From NCBI GenBank assembly GCA_965661345.1, contig CBFIDK010000001.1:3896-67895 (forward strand): a stretch of DNA of 64,000 nt, in the 5' to 3' direction. The position numbers were made by a program, and so were the translations under genes. Source of the DNA: Flavobacteriales bacterium (GTDB lineage: Bacteria; Bacteroidota; Bacteroidia; Flavobacteriales; UBA7312). Positions 63,159 through 64,000 of the stretch are shown piece by piece; within the stretch, counting starts at the first letter, position 1; each line of letters begins with the position of its first letter. The notes beneath the pieces are model-generated. The model had not been told where the DNA came from. It saw only the letters and a program-made list of their open reading frames with translations, and did not search any database.

Positions 63159-64000
63159 CTAATGTTTTGCTGGCTTATACCCTTCAATATTATCCATTAA
63201 CACCTTTCTCATTGATTGATCATCAAGGTTTTCATGATACGTTTTTATTTCATTGATTAATGAATTTACTTTTTGCCAACTCAAAAAATCTTCATTTGCC
63301 TGCATAATTTGAGGGTGCTTTGATTGGGTAACGTCTTTACCAATTAGCAATTCTTCATATAACTTTTCGCCTTCTCTTAATCCAGTGAAAATTATTTTGA
63401 TATCACCATCTGGGTTCTCTACAGTTGCTGGACTAAGACCACTTAAATTTATCATTCGGCGTGCCAAGTCTAAAATTCTAACAGGCTCTCCCATATCCAA
63501 AACAAATACATCACCACCTTTTGCCATGGCTCCTGCTTGAAGTACTAATTGCACTGCTTCAGGGATAGACATAAAATAACGTGTAACTTTAGAATGTGTA
63601 ACCGTTACTGGCCCGCCATTCTTGATTTGATTTCTGAATAAAGGAACAACCGAACCCGCAGAATCTAACACATTACCAAATCGAACCATACTAAAGCATG
63701 TATTTGATTCTTGGACATTTAATGCTTGCAAAATCAACTCTGAAAAGCGTTTTGATGCACCCATCACATTTGTAGGACGAACGGCCTTGTCAGTGCTAAT
63801 TAACACCATGTCATCCACCTTATTTTCACTTGCGCTAACAGCTACATTGTAAGTTCCGATGACATTATTAAATACTCCTTCAGCGGTATTTTTTTCTACC
63901 ATAGGAACGTGCTTGTAAGCAGCTGCATGATAAATGGTATTAATTTTATTTTCGCTAATTGCTCTATCGATCCTATTCTTTGACTTAACGTCAGCCAAAA
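63159..64000 (-). CDS. Nucleotide-sugar 4,6-dehydratase (CapD/PglF/WbpM family), 5' end outside the window
   Basis: HAAAYKHVP, STDKAV, MGASKR, RFGNV, TRYFM, GEKLYEEL. Confidence 0.92.
   Translation of the reverse strand, partial: LADVKSKNRIDRAISENKINTIYHAAAYKHVPMVEKNTAEGVFNNVIGTYNVAVSASENKVDDMVLISTDKAVRPTNVMGASKRFSELILQALNVQESNTCFSMVRFGNVLDSAGSVVPLFRNQIKNGGPVTVTHSKVTRYFMSIPEAVQLVLQAGAMAKGGDVFVLDMGEPVRILDLARRMINLSGLSPATVENPDGDIKIIFTGLREGEKLYEELLIGKDVTQSKHPQIMQANEDFLSWQKVNSLINEIKTYHENLDDQSMRKVLMDNIEGYKPAKH

Overview
Low-GC, very tightly packed chromosomal segment of a Bacteroidota bacterium, most likely a Flavobacteriales member. The assignment rests on TAnnTTTG promoters, T9SS C-terminal domains, porX, the lpxC-fabZ fusion and a solo pheT. 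Most of the window is housekeeping: dnaX, icd, rsmD/coaD, pyrE, birA, rsfS-ftsH-cdsA-psd, tsaE/porX, lpxD-lpxC/fabZ-lpxA-efp-rnhB, hutU, pdhA/pdhC, recG and pheT. Envelope and secreted proteins are interspersed, and the end of a polysaccharide/glycosylation locus lies at the right edge. I saw no rRNA, tRNA, CRISPR array, transposase or prophage gene. The most notable signals are: (1) an A9 run in dnaX at the gamma/tau boundary with stops immediately downstream in both shifted frames; (2) a 2340-aa T9SS protein saturated with D-S/T glycosylation sequons next to a glycan-synthesis locus; (3) an 'alanine dehydrogenase' in the porX-tsaE cluster lacking the canonical active-site Lys/His; (4) a PNGase-F-like enzyme split by a ~500-aa LamG-containing insert and preceded by a perfect 11-bp palindrome; (5) a GH73 peptidoglycan hydrolase fused to a beta-barrel-like tail; (6) a secreted Cys/Lys-rich repeat peptide; (7) a recurrent promoter-N4-ATG geometry suggesting leaderless mRNAs. 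All family calls come from motif recognition by eye; no database searches were run.
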